From positions 1 to 33,582 of the IMG/VR virus record IMGVR_UViG_3300035542_000028: a stretch of 33,582 nt of DNA, one strand, 5' to 3'. Below are positions 1 to 9,604 of the stretch, piece after piece. The stretch comes from a virus. Lineage: Duplodnaviria > Caudoviricetes. The notes beneath the pieces are model-generated. The model did not search any database, was not told the origin of the DNA, and worked only from the letters and a program-made list of their open reading frames with translations. Every line of letters starts with the position of its first letter. Within the stretch, counting starts at the first letter, position 1. The position numbers were made by a program, and so were the translations under genes.

Positions 1-769
1 TGTTTTTGGCAAGGCTTTCGGCTATGTCATCAACTGCCCCGCCTTCAATTACCACCCAGAGACTGTGCGCTGGTATACCTCGGCTGTCAGTCGTGTCTGT
101 GTCGTTTTCATAAACCATCAGGTCAGTGACGCCGGTAAGGTCACCCAGGGCCGTATATAACCGCCCCAGACTGGAACTTTGCGGAGTTTCAAGTGATCGG
201 TTGCGCCGGATGCGTAGTTCCTCATCTGTTTCTTCATCCCTGCCAACCGTAGCAGCGGCGGGGTTAGTTACAGAGTCCACGCCGATTACAAACGTGACTG
301 GTTCCGTCACCGTCCCGGCATCGGCTTCAAGCGCACCAAACTCCTGTGCAAATAGAGTTACGGTTGTAGTGCCCGTGGATAAGTCAATTTCAGATATTGT
401 TTCCCAGACCTGCCCCAGATCATCTTCTACAGCGTAGCCCTCTGGCAAGGTGACAGGCCGCGTTGTGGTGACTTCAACATCTACCTGTGATCGCATGGCC
501 GGGCGGCGGGTAATACCAGATAATTTGATAATTGTATTCAGCGCATCGCTCAGGCTAAAATCCGGGTCAATCTGGTTATATAGGAGTGCGCCAAATGACT
601 GCACATCAAGCCTGGCCTGTGCCTCAATCGCTACCCGCTGTCCGTCTGGGCTGTCCGGTTCCAGATTTATATCTTCGCCGTATATCTTCCGGTATCCGTC
701 TGCTAGTTCCTGGTATATTTCATCGAATGTCTGTATCTCTATGCCGTTAGGCGTAAAATTGGGTTTCAT
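1..769 (-). CDS. Baseplate J-like wedge protein (3' end runs off the window)
   Basis: Not in the ORF track because it is open at the edge. Manual translation from ATG 769 (ATGA overlap with the upstream stop) gives MKPNFTPNGIEIQTFDEIYQELADGYRKIYGEDINLEPDSPDGQ...LSGITRRPA...GRDEETDEELRIRR, which has typical baseplate J motifs. It follows the gp25-like gene. Confidence 0.85.
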   Translation of the reverse strand, partial: MKPNFTPNGIEIQTFDEIYQELADGYRKIYGEDINLEPDSPDGQRVAIEAQARLDVQSFGALLYNQIDPDFSLSDALNTIIKLSGITRRPAMRSQVDVEVTTTRPVTLPEGYAVEDDLGQVWETISEIDLSTGTTTVTLFAQEFGALEADAGTVTEPVTFVIGVDSVTNPAAATVGRDEETDEELRIRRNRSLETPQSSSLGRLYTALGDLTGVTDLMVYENDTDTTDSRGIPAHSLWVVIEGGAVDDIAESLAKN

Positions 770-1119
770 ACTGTCTCGCTTATTTGCTGTGGCACATTAA
801 AAACATCTGTATACTCGGCCTCAATATGCACTTTACGGTTGCGATCCCGGCGTACAATATTTATATCCCCGACAGTCAACACACCACCGGTTTGGAGAAT
901 TTGCCGCTCAATAGCGCGGATTATCCGACGTTCCGTCCCGGGGCGGCCAAGTAAATTAATCCAGTCAATACCGTGCTCAATATCCAGGTACCAATCCCGT
1001 GTAAACGACCTGATTCGGGTTCGTACGTTCTGGGCAATGGCCTTACTTGCGCTGATATAATTTGCCCGGCCCTTGCCAAAGGTCCAGTCACCATTATTTG
1101 TTATTCTGCTTACTCGCAT
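766..1119 (-). CDS. Baseplate wedge / gp25-like sheath initiator
   Basis: 117 aa with DWTFGKG...AIAQNVRTRI...WYLDIEHGIDW, located between the spike and baseplate J genes. Confidence 0.7.
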   Translation of the reverse strand: MRVSRITNNGDWTFGKGRANYISASKAIAQNVRTRIRSFTRDWYLDIEHGIDWINLLGRPGTERRIIRAIERQILQTGGVLTVGDINIVRRDRNRKVHIEAEYTDVFNVPQQISETV

Positions 1120-1847
1120 TAATTCGGCTCGCTAGTTGTGCCGCCCTTGCTGTCTGTGTGGGTATGGCTATTGAGACTAATATCCCCGGCGGTGACATCG
1201 CCATCAGCATCTACGTTGCCTGTGGTTTGTATATCCACACTGGCTGTCATAGGTCCACCACTTAACCCAGTAAAATTCCCCGCAGCTATTGTGCCGGTAC
1301 AGGTGATATTGCCATCCACCACCATGTTCCCGGTCAGGTGAAAATCACCGGTTTGGGTGTGATTGCCGGTCTGTGTCCGGTTGCCTACATGCGTATAATC
1401 ACCTATCTGCTCATAATCTCCCTCGGCATAAGTATCGCCAATGTGGGTTATAACCTGTGGAATGGTTTTTGCAGAAGCCAATGGATTAAGGCCAACAATG
1501 GCAAATCCATCTGAATAGTCGTGCATTCTAAATTCGGCAGGCCTGCGCTCATCCTGCCCGCTATACCAACGATCAAAGCATCTCTCGGTAAATATGAGCA
1601 AACAATAGTCCCCGGTCGCTATTGGATGTGCCGTATAACTGCCGCCGCCCTGCAAAAACACCGGTGGCACTTTAACAAACAGGGGCAATTTAATTGATTC
1701 GCCATCCACTTCCCGGTTTATAACCGGCTGGACATCAATAGTAGTTCCCCGGACACGCTCCACCCTGGCTACCGTCGCCGTGTGTAAATTAGCCTGAAAC
1801 GCATGCAGGGCAATGTCTATTGTGTCAATTAGCTGTCTACGCTCCAT
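1119..1847 (-). CDS. Baseplate central spike (Gp138/gpV-like puncturing protein)
   Basis: Likely start is ATG 1847 (TAATG overlap). It has an N-terminal OB-fold-like region (PPVF...GDYCLLIFTERCFDRW...RMHDYSDG), TG-rich beta-helix repeats, and a C-terminal HxH metal motif (SHTH). Confidence 0.85.
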   Translation of the reverse strand: MERRQLIDTIDIALHAFQANLHTATVARVERVRGTTIDVQPVINREVDGESIKLPLFVKVPPVFLQGGGSYTAHPIATGDYCLLIFTERCFDRWYSGQDERRPAEFRMHDYSDGFAIVGLNPLASAKTIPQVITHIGDTYAEGDYEQIGDYTHVGNRTQTGNHTQTGDFHLTGNMVVDGNITCTGTIAAGNFTGLSGGPMTASVDIQTTGNVDADGDVTAGDISLNSHTHTDSKGGTTSEPN

Positions 1848-2680
1848 TAAAGTACCTTGTATTTTGGTATGGGGCGGCAAGTGCAAGTTTGGCTCCACTC
1901 ATCGCCATAATTGTCACCCTGATAGCTGATAGTCCGTATTTTGTATGTGCCGTTTAGATGTGGGGCCGTGGTCGATTCCAGGGCCACCAGATTGCCGATT
2001 TTAACCGCCGGATTCATTAGCGTTTCAAATGTAGTCAACATGTTTTCCCGCGTCGGGGTGCTGATTAGCCCGGTTTTTGCTGTCACCAGGGGGATAAAAC
2101 GGCTGACAACCTCATCCTCCCGGATTATATAAAGTTGCTCATTCTCGATGTACCATGTTTCAAATGGCATTATCATGTCATCAATGATATGTGCGGTGTT
2201 GCCAAACATGACTTTTGGCCGGGACAATGCCGGACGTTCAGTGATTTTGCCTTTGCCGGTGTTAGGCATGTCTTTCAGGCAATCATCAACCGCCTTCTCT
2301 GTACCCTCGACTGTCCTGGACGTAAACGAGTTCAAAAAATCAAAGCCGCCGTCTAGCCCTTCAATCTTGCTTATCAAATCCGGCCCTTGCCGCTCGTTAC
2401 TACCTCGGTGTATATTGCCGTTAAAAATAAGTTGTAACCGTCCTTCATAGCCCACAGACAACTGAAACGGGATGCGTTTGGTCTGTTCCGCATCTTTGAC
2501 TATTGCTAACCTTTTGCGCTCTTCTAGGTTCTCCAGCTGCAATTGGATTTTATTTATCCCGCCATATATGGATTTATCTGCCTGGAATTGTACGCGCATA
2601 GGTGGGCGAATAGTAATCTCGCCACCCAGGGTTTGTATTTTAAGCTCATAATCGCGATTAAACCGGGGGTAATAACTCAT
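1847..2680 (-). CDS. Baseplate hub protein
   Basis: 277 aa directly upstream of the spike, with LSVGY...IFNG and TGLISTP segments typical of hubs in this type of myovirus. Confidence 0.7.
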   Translation of the reverse strand: MSYYPRFNRDYELKIQTLGGEITIRPPMRVQFQADKSIYGGINKIQLQLENLEERKRLAIVKDAEQTKRIPFQLSVGYEGRLQLIFNGNIHRGSNERQGPDLISKIEGLDGGFDFLNSFTSRTVEGTEKAVDDCLKDMPNTGKGKITERPALSRPKVMFGNTAHIIDDMIMPFETWYIENEQLYIIREDEVVSRFIPLVTAKTGLISTPTRENMLTTFETLMNPAVKIGNLVALESTTAPHLNGTYKIRTISYQGDNYGDEWSQTCTCRPIPKYKVL

Positions 2681-3018
2681 GCCGGGACCGCCTCGCCACG
2701 CCTGATTTCTAGCATGTCGTCACGTTCAAGCATATACAGACTGCATCTGCCATTTACAAAATCGCCACTTTGAAACGGATCAATGCCATTGCCAGAGTTA
2801 TCAAATACAACAAAATCAAACGGCATATTCCCGCTAGTGATATGGAGTACAGAGACAGACAGCTTGACGCCAAATATCTGGTAGTCGCCATATTCAATGT
2901 CCATTAACCAAATTTCGTTTTTGGGCAAAAATCGCAATTTAAGCGCGATTTCCGATTCCTCAAAAATAATTGTGTGCCGTTGGATTGGCTCATCTGTGAT
3001 ATTGATTATTTGTCTCAA
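2677..3018 (-). CDS. Small baseplate (plug-like) protein
   Basis: 113 aa with 4-nt overlaps to both neighbours; call rests on its position between the baseplate organiser and the hub. Confidence 0.55.
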   Translation of the reverse strand: MRQIINITDEPIQRHTIIFEESEIALKLRFLPKNEIWLMDIEYGDYQIFGVKLSVSVLHITSGNMPFDFVVFDNSGNGIDPFQSGDFVNGRCSLYMLERDDMLEIRRGEAVPA

Positions 3019-3791
3019 GGTGTTACCCCAAAAAGGCTAAGGGTACTGTTTAAAAAACTTTCCTCCACTTCTTCCGGTTTCTGTGCGCCCTTATTTGTCT
3101 CTCCCTGATGCTGTCTGTTTGTCTCCTCAGCGGGATTACGCACGATTTCGGAAAATACGGTTTCCGCAAATCTAAGTTGCTGTGCTTCCAGCGAAAAATT
3201 TATTGCCTCGCTTGTATTGTCGAGCGTATATTCAAAAGACGTTATGCACATATTGTTATAGGTCCGGACTGGTCCATCAATTTTTATTAGCACATCGGAG
3301 TTTAGAATGCCCTCTATTTTGTCAATAAAATCCTCGATGTTTGTTTTTGCTGGTCCTTCCTGCGCTCCCGGTCCAGTATACCCAACCCTATCAGCTACTT
3401 TTTGCGCTGTTCGGATTGCACTGTCTGCCTGATCTATCCGGGACTGCACATCAGCCGTAATCCCTGCCACCCGGCTAATCTGTGATTGTGTCCGGCTAGG
3501 CAAATACTGTGCCACTTCGCCAACCAGCGTTTCAATCTCGCGTATGCTCTCGAACGCAGGGGAGGGCTTAACATGCACATTTGAGATGTTGCCCTCGATG
3601 TTAACGATTACTGGTTTGTTGATGATATGGTCATTTACATGGCTACCGTCTTCCAGATAGGTCACCGGGGCTTCTCGTGTCCGACTTATATTATCACGCA
3701 CGCGGGCAAGTGTCGTAAACCCAGCAATACCCACATCACCCTCGGATTCATTTTTAAACGCTCCGTCTATGTAATCACGGATTAAACTCAT
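3015..3791 (-). CDS. Baseplate organiser / tube initiator (Dit-like)
   Basis: 258 aa immediately downstream of the tape measure, with PVTYLEDGSHVNDHIINKP and YNNMCITS motifs. Confidence 0.65.
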   Translation of the reverse strand: MSLIRDYIDGAFKNESEGDVGIAGFTTLARVRDNISRTREAPVTYLEDGSHVNDHIINKPVIVNIEGNISNVHVKPSPAFESIREIETLVGEVAQYLPSRTQSQISRVAGITADVQSRIDQADSAIRTAQKVADRVGYTGPGAQEGPAKTNIEDFIDKIEGILNSDVLIKIDGPVRTYNNMCITSFEYTLDNTSEAINFSLEAQQLRFAETVFSEIVRNPAEETNRQHQGETNKGAQKPEEVEESFLNSTLSLFGVTP

Positions 3792-5308
3792 TATTGCCCG
3801 CCTCGTTGTGCCTGATCTTGGGCATCGCGCATCTGATTTTGGACATCACTACCAATTATGCTGGCTGCCCGTTCCGGATCATTTGTCCGGACATTAATTT
3901 GCACGTCCTGATTGACGGTTGTTGACCCGCCACCGCCAGACCACCCGCCCCACATGATTTTATCAAACATAGTTCGGTCTTCCGGGGTTTTATCTGTGCC
4001 CAGGCCCAATAAATCAACCAAGGCAGCGGTCAGCCGTTGAGTTTGTCCAGCCCCCATTGTCATGAATCCGGCCCCGCCTAGGGTGTCACCCAATCCCTTG
4101 GCGGCCTCACTTGTAATAGCCTCGACTTGCTTGCCCCCGGCTTCACCGAATGATTCCCATGCGCCGGTTAGATCGCCCCGGATAAGCTGCCCGATGCCCT
4201 TAAACATATCCTTGATCGAGTCGATTATATCACTAGCAACTTCCTTGATCTGCTTCATTGCCTCTTTGAATCCGTCTACCATGTCCCGGAGCATCGGCGT
4301 TATATCTACGCCCGTAAATTCAAGGAAAAAATCACGGATAACGGATTTCCCACCTCGGAAAGCCACGATCAGATCATCAATTATTAGCCCAAGGCCAATA
4401 AGCCCTGCTGTAATCCAAAACACGGGGTTTGCAAATAGGGCAGCATTCCACCCTAAAGTAGCAACTTTCAGCGCAACGAATGCCCCAGCACCCACGGCCA
4501 AAACGGGCCACATGCGTCCCAGCATATCCATAAAGTCATTTAATACGGCCATTGCCGTTTTTACACCCTCAACAATCCATTCTCGGTTACGCTCAATCAG
4601 CCCGGTAAATTTGTCCACAAGCTGCGTCATCTCCGGAGCAAGGCCCACAGCTATGAGCCGCCGCAGTCCGTCCATTGCGTACCGTTGGGCTGTCAATGCC
4701 TGATTGTACTGCTCGGCCTGTTCCGTCTGCTCCTCGTTTAGTGTGCCAAGTTCCCGGGCCCGCTGCATCAGCTCCGACATTTCGCCGCTAGTCTGGTTAA
4801 GCATGCGGAGCAAAGATGTGTCTATCCCAAGGGCAGAGGCAAAACTCTGTTGCTCGGACATGGACAAGTTGAGCTGTTTAAAACGCCGTTGCACGTCACG
4901 AAGCACAGCGTCAGCGGAGCGTACGTTGCCGTTAGAATCTCGAACAGCAATACCGAGCCGGGCAAATTCCTCGGACCCCTTCTGTGCAGCATCCCCAATC
5001 GTAGCGGACAGAGATTCGAGGCTCGATTGCATGGCCTGGGCAGTCGACCCGGACATCTCAGCAGCAAATGACAACTCCTGCAATTTCTCAATCGCAATGC
5101 CAGTTGTCACAGACAGATTATATAAGTCCCTCTCGCCCTCCAACACACCGGACGCCCATTTACCAACAGCAGCACCAGTAGCAGCCAAGGCGGCAGTCAT
5201 AGATGCGAGCAAAGCGATAGACTGATTAAGGCTTTGATTGTACCGGCGAAGTGGGGCTTCACTACCTTGGTAACTAAATTCGGTGACTAGCTCTGTGGCA
5301 ACGGCCAT
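3791..5308 (-). CDS. Tail tape measure protein
   Basis: 505 aa, Ala/Gln/Leu-rich and helical, with a hydrophobic segment (ANPVFWITAGLIGLGLII); it follows the chaperone pair. Confidence 0.85.
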   Translation of the reverse strand: MAVATELVTEFSYQGSEAPLRRYNQSLNQSIALLASMTAALAATGAAVGKWASGVLEGERDLYNLSVTTGIAIEKLQELSFAAEMSGSTAQAMQSSLESLSATIGDAAQKGSEEFARLGIAVRDSNGNVRSADAVLRDVQRRFKQLNLSMSEQQSFASALGIDTSLLRMLNQTSGEMSELMQRARELGTLNEEQTEQAEQYNQALTAQRYAMDGLRRLIAVGLAPEMTQLVDKFTGLIERNREWIVEGVKTAMAVLNDFMDMLGRMWPVLAVGAGAFVALKVATLGWNAALFANPVFWITAGLIGLGLIIDDLIVAFRGGKSVIRDFFLEFTGVDITPMLRDMVDGFKEAMKQIKEVASDIIDSIKDMFKGIGQLIRGDLTGAWESFGEAGGKQVEAITSEAAKGLGDTLGGAGFMTMGAGQTQRLTAALVDLLGLGTDKTPEDRTMFDKIMWGGWSGGGGSTTVNQDVQINVRTNDPERAASIIGSDVQNQMRDAQDQAQRGGQ

Positions 5309-5559
5309 TATCTGCGTCCCTTTTTGCTATCCTGTTCTACCTGCCATCTGTGGTGTCTAGCAATGGCGTTATCTATTGCCTCATATTCCAGGGCGTCCAA
5401 AAATTGCGGTGTGTCCCATTTCTGAATTTCAGCCAATGACCCGTAACCCTGTTTTGCTAAGTAAAACATCGCCATATCCTCATCACTCACATTTGTCCGC
5501 TGTATGTAATCTCCCTCCGGTGGTGGCGCATAAACTTTTAATTGCCACCGTTTCCGGCC
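5308..5559 (-). CDS. Tail assembly chaperone, -1 frameshift extension (GT-type)
   Basis: The -1 frame is open from the slippery site at 5559-5568 (GRKRWQLKVYAPPPEGDYIQRTNV) into the tracked ORF SDEDMAMFYLAKQGYGSL... Confidence 0.75.
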   Translation of the reverse strand, partial: GRKRWQLKVYAPPPEGDYIQRTNVSDEDMAMFYLAKQGYGSLAEIQKWDTPQFLDALEYEAIDNAIARHHRWQVEQDSKKGRR

Positions 5560-5897
5560 AAAAAAGGGTAACTGATAGCCCCCAACATTGTAGATACAAA
5601 AATCAGATAATCTTCCGGATATTGGTCCCAGTGATTCGGGGTTTTGGATAGCAAGGAGCCGTCAAATGTAACCGCATTCTCGATCACGCTTTCCACCTCG
5701 GCCCATCGGTCAGTGTCGAGGAAACTAAAGTCACTCTGTTGTAAGTCACCCTGGACATGGGTAAAAAATGCAAACACCTTTCGCCGTTTTTTATGCGTAA
5801 GTTTTGTGATACGGTATTCCCGGCCATTTATTTCGGCAACCCCGTCTTCATAAACTTGCCGGATCATGTCTTGTGCTTGCTGTGTCTTGTCTTCCAT
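5538..5897 (-). CDS. Tail assembly chaperone (G-type)
   Basis: Likely start is ATG 5897 (MEDKTQQ, 119 aa). It lies between tube and tape measure and has CCCTTTTTTG near its 3' end. Confidence 0.75.
   Translation of the reverse strand: MEDKTQQAQDMIRQVYEDGVAEINGREYRITKLTHKKRRKVFAFFTHVQGDLQQSDFSFLDTDRWAEVESVIENAVTFDGSLLSKTPNHWDQYPEDYLIFVSTMLGAISYPFLAGNGGN
5559..5568 (-). other. Programmed -1 ribosomal frameshift site
   Basis: The minus strand reads TAC CCT TTT TTG. The heptamers C-CCT-TTT and T-TTT-TTG both fit X XXY YYZ, and the -1 frame joins the downstream ORF. Confidence 0.8.
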
Positions 5898-5927
5898 CTC
5901 AATCACCCTTGCATTGTATCCCGGTAT

Positions 5928-5985
5928 TATAGGCGGCAACGTGGCCGGGTGTCCACGGGTTCGGTTGCTATCCTAGCCGCCTATA
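5928..5985 (-). ncRNA. Structured intergenic RNA element (three-way junction, possibly c4-like)
   Basis: A perfect 10-bp outer stem TATAGGCGGC/GCCGCCTATA encloses a CGTGG/CCACG hairpin and a weak second hairpin (GGATAGCAACC). Confidence 0.4.
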
Positions 5986-5988
5986 CGT

Positions 5989-6420
5989 TTACAGATTCCT
6001 GGTTGCATTACGGAAACGGATCACATATTCCATCACCGCATTGCCGTCGGTCGTATTCTTGGTGTCTGTCGGCTGTGTCAATATAGACCCGGCTTCGAAC
6101 AGCCACGACTCTTCCGCGTCGGTTCCGTCTCGGTTGTATGCGGTTTTTGCCGAGCCGTTAAGCACCGGCTGCGGGGATTGTCTCCGGATATTGTTCAGGA
6201 ACGCGTCACTTTCGGAATATTTGAGTACCCGGAGTGTTACGTTATGGACGTCTTTATCCGATCTTTCATTGATATTGACCCCGCCGCCAATGCCATTTAC
6301 ATGACTAGCCGCATCGTTAACCGGCTCGATAGTAACAATATCACCCTCGGACAGGTCAACAATCGCTGTGCCATTTATGACTATGGTTGTAGCGTCTGCT
6401 GGTAAATTAATAACTGCCAT
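5989..6420 (-). CDS. Tail tube protein (DUF3277-like)
   Basis: 143 aa beta-rich protein directly downstream of the sheath, with a GGAG RBS. Confidence 0.75.
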   Translation of the reverse strand: MAVINLPADATTIVINGTAIVDLSEGDIVTIEPVNDAASHVNGIGGGVNINERSDKDVHNVTLRVLKYSESDAFLNNIRRQSPQPVLNGSAKTAYNRDGTDAEESWLFEAGSILTQPTDTKNTTDGNAVMEYVIRFRNATRNL

Positions 6421-6430
6421 ATTTTACTCC

Positions 6431-7930
6431 TTATCTGTTGACAAACACGATTATGTCAACGCTATGCACCGCGCCGGCCAGCTTGATTGCGCCCTGAATA
6501 ACCGGAGATTCTCTGTTTTCCCGGCTAGCCTGGGACTGGTCAGCAAGCGAACCGGACAGAAAATAGTAACCATTGTTTGCTATCTGCTCTAAGAATGTTT
6601 CGCGATTGCCGAAAAAGTCCGGACTGGACCAAGCACCCGGCGCAATAACCCCGGCGCGGACAAACTGCCTTGTAGTCTTTTCGGCCTGGTCAACAATCTG
6701 TGCAATACCGCGTCTAGTTTGCGGTATTTTGGTGCTGGTTTGCCGGAGCAGGTTGTACATATCAACCTGCATAAAATCCACATAGGCAATCAGATTGTAC
6801 CGCTCATCAACAAAGTTGTTTGCTCCGGAGGTCAGCACGGTAGAAGTCAATTTAATGACGGTATAAACATCAAGCCCAACCCGCTTGGCCTTGTCAATTT
6901 CGGTCTGCGTATAATTCTCAGCAGGCACGGCAAGCTCTTTTAAGTGCATTGTCATAGCTGTGTTGTCCCCGCCAAAATTGACTACATGCGTCCGGGCCAT
7001 GTAGGATGCGGCAAATTTCCGGTTCCCGGCCTTGCTGTACAGCATCCGGTAATTAGTATATCCAGATAATTTGATTGACCAAACTGTGTTGGTGGTATCC
7101 ACTTCCAAGTAATCAGCACCGGAAAACACGTCATACATTAACACATTGTTTGCCTGTGCCCATTCTGCCAGTGTCTCGCGGGTATCATCTGTCGGGGTGT
7201 CAATAAACATTGCGCCCCGGAATTTAACCTGGCTGGCAAGCTCGGTGATGGCCTCGAACATGGTTTCAGCGGTTAGAGTATCAGCGGCAGCCCCCTGGAC
7301 AAGCACCGCACCCGACCCTTCGGACAAGTTGAGTACATCACCGATAAAAGTACCGCTCGCGCCCGCGGTTGCATAGGTAAGCTCAGAAGTTGCGCCGGTG
7401 GTCGAGCTGGTAATCACGATCTGATTGCCGTCAGCTTCGCAAGTTGCGCCGGTCAGTTCGGTGTCTATGATCTCGGCAATGTCAGACAGACTAGTGACTG
7501 TCTGAAAATCCATAGCCGACAATGACTCGGTTACACCGTCCACGTCAATGTCCATTGACCCGTCACTGATGCTCTGCATGTCATCAACAACGGTAACTTC
7601 ATTTACCTGCCCGCCCGTCAAGGTTGCAGCGGTTGCGGCCACGTCCTCGTCCTGTCCTCTCCAGTACCCCATGACAAGGCGGCCACCGGCAGAGATAGGG
7701 TTGGGACTTGTGGCAAAAAACGCATTCGCAAAACTTGCGGCCTTGCTTAAGCTGCCAAAATCGGACGCCACAGATCCCGGATCGGTATAAACCCGGTATC
7801 TGTTTGCACTATCCAATGGTCCAGTTTGCTGGCTAGTCATCATCAGACATACATTAGGGTTGTCAGCTAATGCAAGCTGCGCCCCCTCTAGTAACTGTAC
7901 TGTGACAACATTTTCAATATTTACACTCAT
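6431..7930 (-). CDS. Contractile tail sheath protein (DUF3383-like)
   Basis: 499 aa with a C-terminal KIPQT..G...GVIAPG.W...GYY...R.SP.IQ.AIKLAGAVH.VDI.V.VNR signature. Confidence 0.88.
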   Translation of the reverse strand: MSVNIENVVTVQLLEGAQLALADNPNVCLMMTSQQTGPLDSANRYRVYTDPGSVASDFGSLSKAASFANAFFATSPNPISAGGRLVMGYWRGQDEDVAATAATLTGGQVNEVTVVDDMQSISDGSMDIDVDGVTESLSAMDFQTVTSLSDIAEIIDTELTGATCEADGNQIVITSSTTGATSELTYATAGASGTFIGDVLNLSEGSGAVLVQGAAADTLTAETMFEAITELASQVKFRGAMFIDTPTDDTRETLAEWAQANNVLMYDVFSGADYLEVDTTNTVWSIKLSGYTNYRMLYSKAGNRKFAASYMARTHVVNFGGDNTAMTMHLKELAVPAENYTQTEIDKAKRVGLDVYTVIKLTSTVLTSGANNFVDERYNLIAYVDFMQVDMYNLLRQTSTKIPQTRRGIAQIVDQAEKTTRQFVRAGVIAPGAWSSPDFFGNRETFLEQIANNGYYFLSGSLADQSQASRENRESPVIQGAIKLAGAVHSVDIIVFVNR

Positions 7931-7933
7931 AAT

Positions 7934-8449
7934 TTACACCTCTGTTTCAATGTCTATTATTTCCTCGTTCTCCGGCCATATCTCAAACCGGGCAGTATCA
8001 ATCCGCAGTGTATCCACGTCAGCGGTTACACTGTACAACACATTAAGCGTCAATTCCTGCCGCTCACCATATTGCTGTCCGGCTAAAATTTTCACATCTG
8101 TAATGCCGGATGCTAGCAAAACCCCGATACCCAGAGTTTTTTGCAACTCCCAGCCTTTTTGCGAGCTAGTAAGCAGCGAAAACCTGTTTGCCCTGTCCCA
8201 CGCACCATCACCATAAAACGACAGGGTTACCGGGGCCAGCCATTGTTGGCAATAAGTCATTATTTCGGCATCACCGTCATATTCTTGGCCGTTTGACAAC
8301 CGCATGGCCTGGCCCAGGCTATCGACCCCGATGTATGCTGTGGTAAAATCCTCAATGTCTGTATTGATACGGCCAATCCGGATTAACTGCTCATCATAGC
8401 CAAGCAAATCTCGGACAAACATTGCTGTTTTGCGTAAAGCCTCGTTCAT
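7934..8449 (-). CDS. Tail terminator / neck protein
   Basis: Likely start is ATG 8449 (ATGA overlap), giving 171 aa; call rests on its position just before the sheath. Confidence 0.55.
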   Translation of the reverse strand: MNEALRKTAMFVRDLLGYDEQLIRIGRINTDIEDFTTAYIGVDSLGQAMRLSNGQEYDGDAEIMTYCQQWLAPVTLSFYGDGAWDRANRFSLLTSSQKGWELQKTLGIGVLLASGITDVKILAGQQYGERQELTLNVLYSVTADVDTLRIDTARFEIWPENEEIIDIETEV

Positions 8450-8790
8450 TCGGTCGGCTCCTTGACTGGCTCCTTGGTTTCCTCGGCCACAACCTCGGTA
8501 TATCCATATCCACGCCACGGCCCCCGGCTAATCACACGATAGTCAGCATCGTAATATTCAATCAGTTCATCAATGCTTATGTTGTTTTGACTGTGGACCA
8601 TCAAATATTCTTTGCTCCAGTCAATAGTGTCCGGGTTCAGATTTTCTTTTTCGGCAACCTGAACAACACAATTTTGCATGCGGCCCGTGACTGTTTCCAC
8701 CGGCTCAAAATCTATAGTGGTGGTTGTAACGGTTTTAATCAAGACTGGCTGTTCCCAGTCAATTAAAACATCTGACACGTCTACAATCAT
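8446..8790 (-). CDS. Head closure / head-tail joining protein
   Basis: 114 aa with YRVIS...W.GYGY.EVVAE, located in the neck cluster. Confidence 0.6.
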   Translation of the reverse strand: MIVDVSDVLIDWEQPVLIKTVTTTTIDFEPVETVTGRMQNCVVQVAEKENLNPDTIDWSKEYLMVHSQNNISIDELIEYYDADYRVISRGPWRGYGYTEVVAEETKEPVKEPTE

Positions 8791-9260
8791 TCCGCACCCC
8801 GCACAATATAGGTAATGGAGTTCCGGAGCGTACCGGTATCAATTAAAACCTGACTTGACCCCTTGGCGTCCTTGGTGCTCGGAGAAATGTCCGGCCACGA
8901 TCCATAACCCCGGCTAGTAAATGCGCCCTTGACGATATTGACCGCCTGTGTACCGATTAGCCCCATAGCGCGTTTGGCATTCTGCCCCTGCTCAAAAACA
9001 GACCTAAACTGTGCAATGGTCGTTTCATCCATCTGCTTTTTTTGCACCTGAAATGGTACACGCAGGAAGGACCGCCTAGGCACTCCTGCCCCATATTCAT
9101 GCTGTGCCCCCACCTGAACGACAGTCATGCCGCTGCCATAGACCTGCCCGCCAACTTTTTCGGCAGGCAAACCCACGGCCACAACCGCACTTCTAGCTGT
9201 ACGTATATTGTCAGCCATTTGCTGGGTGTGTTTGACCATCTGTTCGGGGGATAGCTTCAT
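8787..9260 (-). CDS. Neck / tail completion protein (HK97 gp10 / Mu gpG-like)
   Basis: HEYG...PRRSFLR and KGSSQVLIDTGTLRNSITY motifs. Confidence 0.75.
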   Translation of the reverse strand: MKLSPEQMVKHTQQMADNIRTARSAVVAVGLPAEKVGGQVYGSGMTVVQVGAQHEYGAGVPRRSFLRVPFQVQKKQMDETTIAQFRSVFEQGQNAKRAMGLIGTQAVNIVKGAFTSRGYGSWPDISPSTKDAKGSSQVLIDTGTLRNSITYIVRGAE

Positions 9261-9604
9261 ACAAAAAACGCCCCTTGCCGCTTGCGTGTGAGCATCAGAT
9301 ATTGAGAGCCATATTTAGTGGTCTTAAACCACGCCATACGGTTATTGTTCGGCGTATATTCGCCATAACTTACAGACACATTCCCGACCGACTTGGACTG
9401 TTCAGATTTGGGGTTGCCCGATCCTGGTTTAGTATGGACTACAAGCAAATGAGCAAGCAGATTGAGCACTATTTCTTTGCCACAATCTTCATAATTGCCA
9501 CCCCAATAGCACGGCCACACGTTTTCCAGAGCAGGTAAACTACTGTCTACCGTGTCCGCGTCAAATTCCGGAAACCGTGCCTTGAAGTCGTCAATAACAG
9601 ACAT
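9257..9604 (-). CDS. Head-tail adaptor (DUF4054-like)
   Basis: FKARFPEF...LLAHLL...SKSVGNVSVSY...TKYGSQY motif pattern. Confidence 0.8.
   Translation of the reverse strand: MSVIDDFKARFPEFDADTVDSSLPALENVWPCYWGGNYEDCGKEIVLNLLAHLLVVHTKPGSGNPKSEQSKSVGNVSVSYGEYTPNNNRMAWFKTTKYGSQYLMLTRKRQGAFFV

Noticed and set aside
1300-1450. Repetitive TG-x-x-x-x peptide pattern in the spike
   Set aside because: These are the ordinary beta-helix repeats of baseplate spikes.
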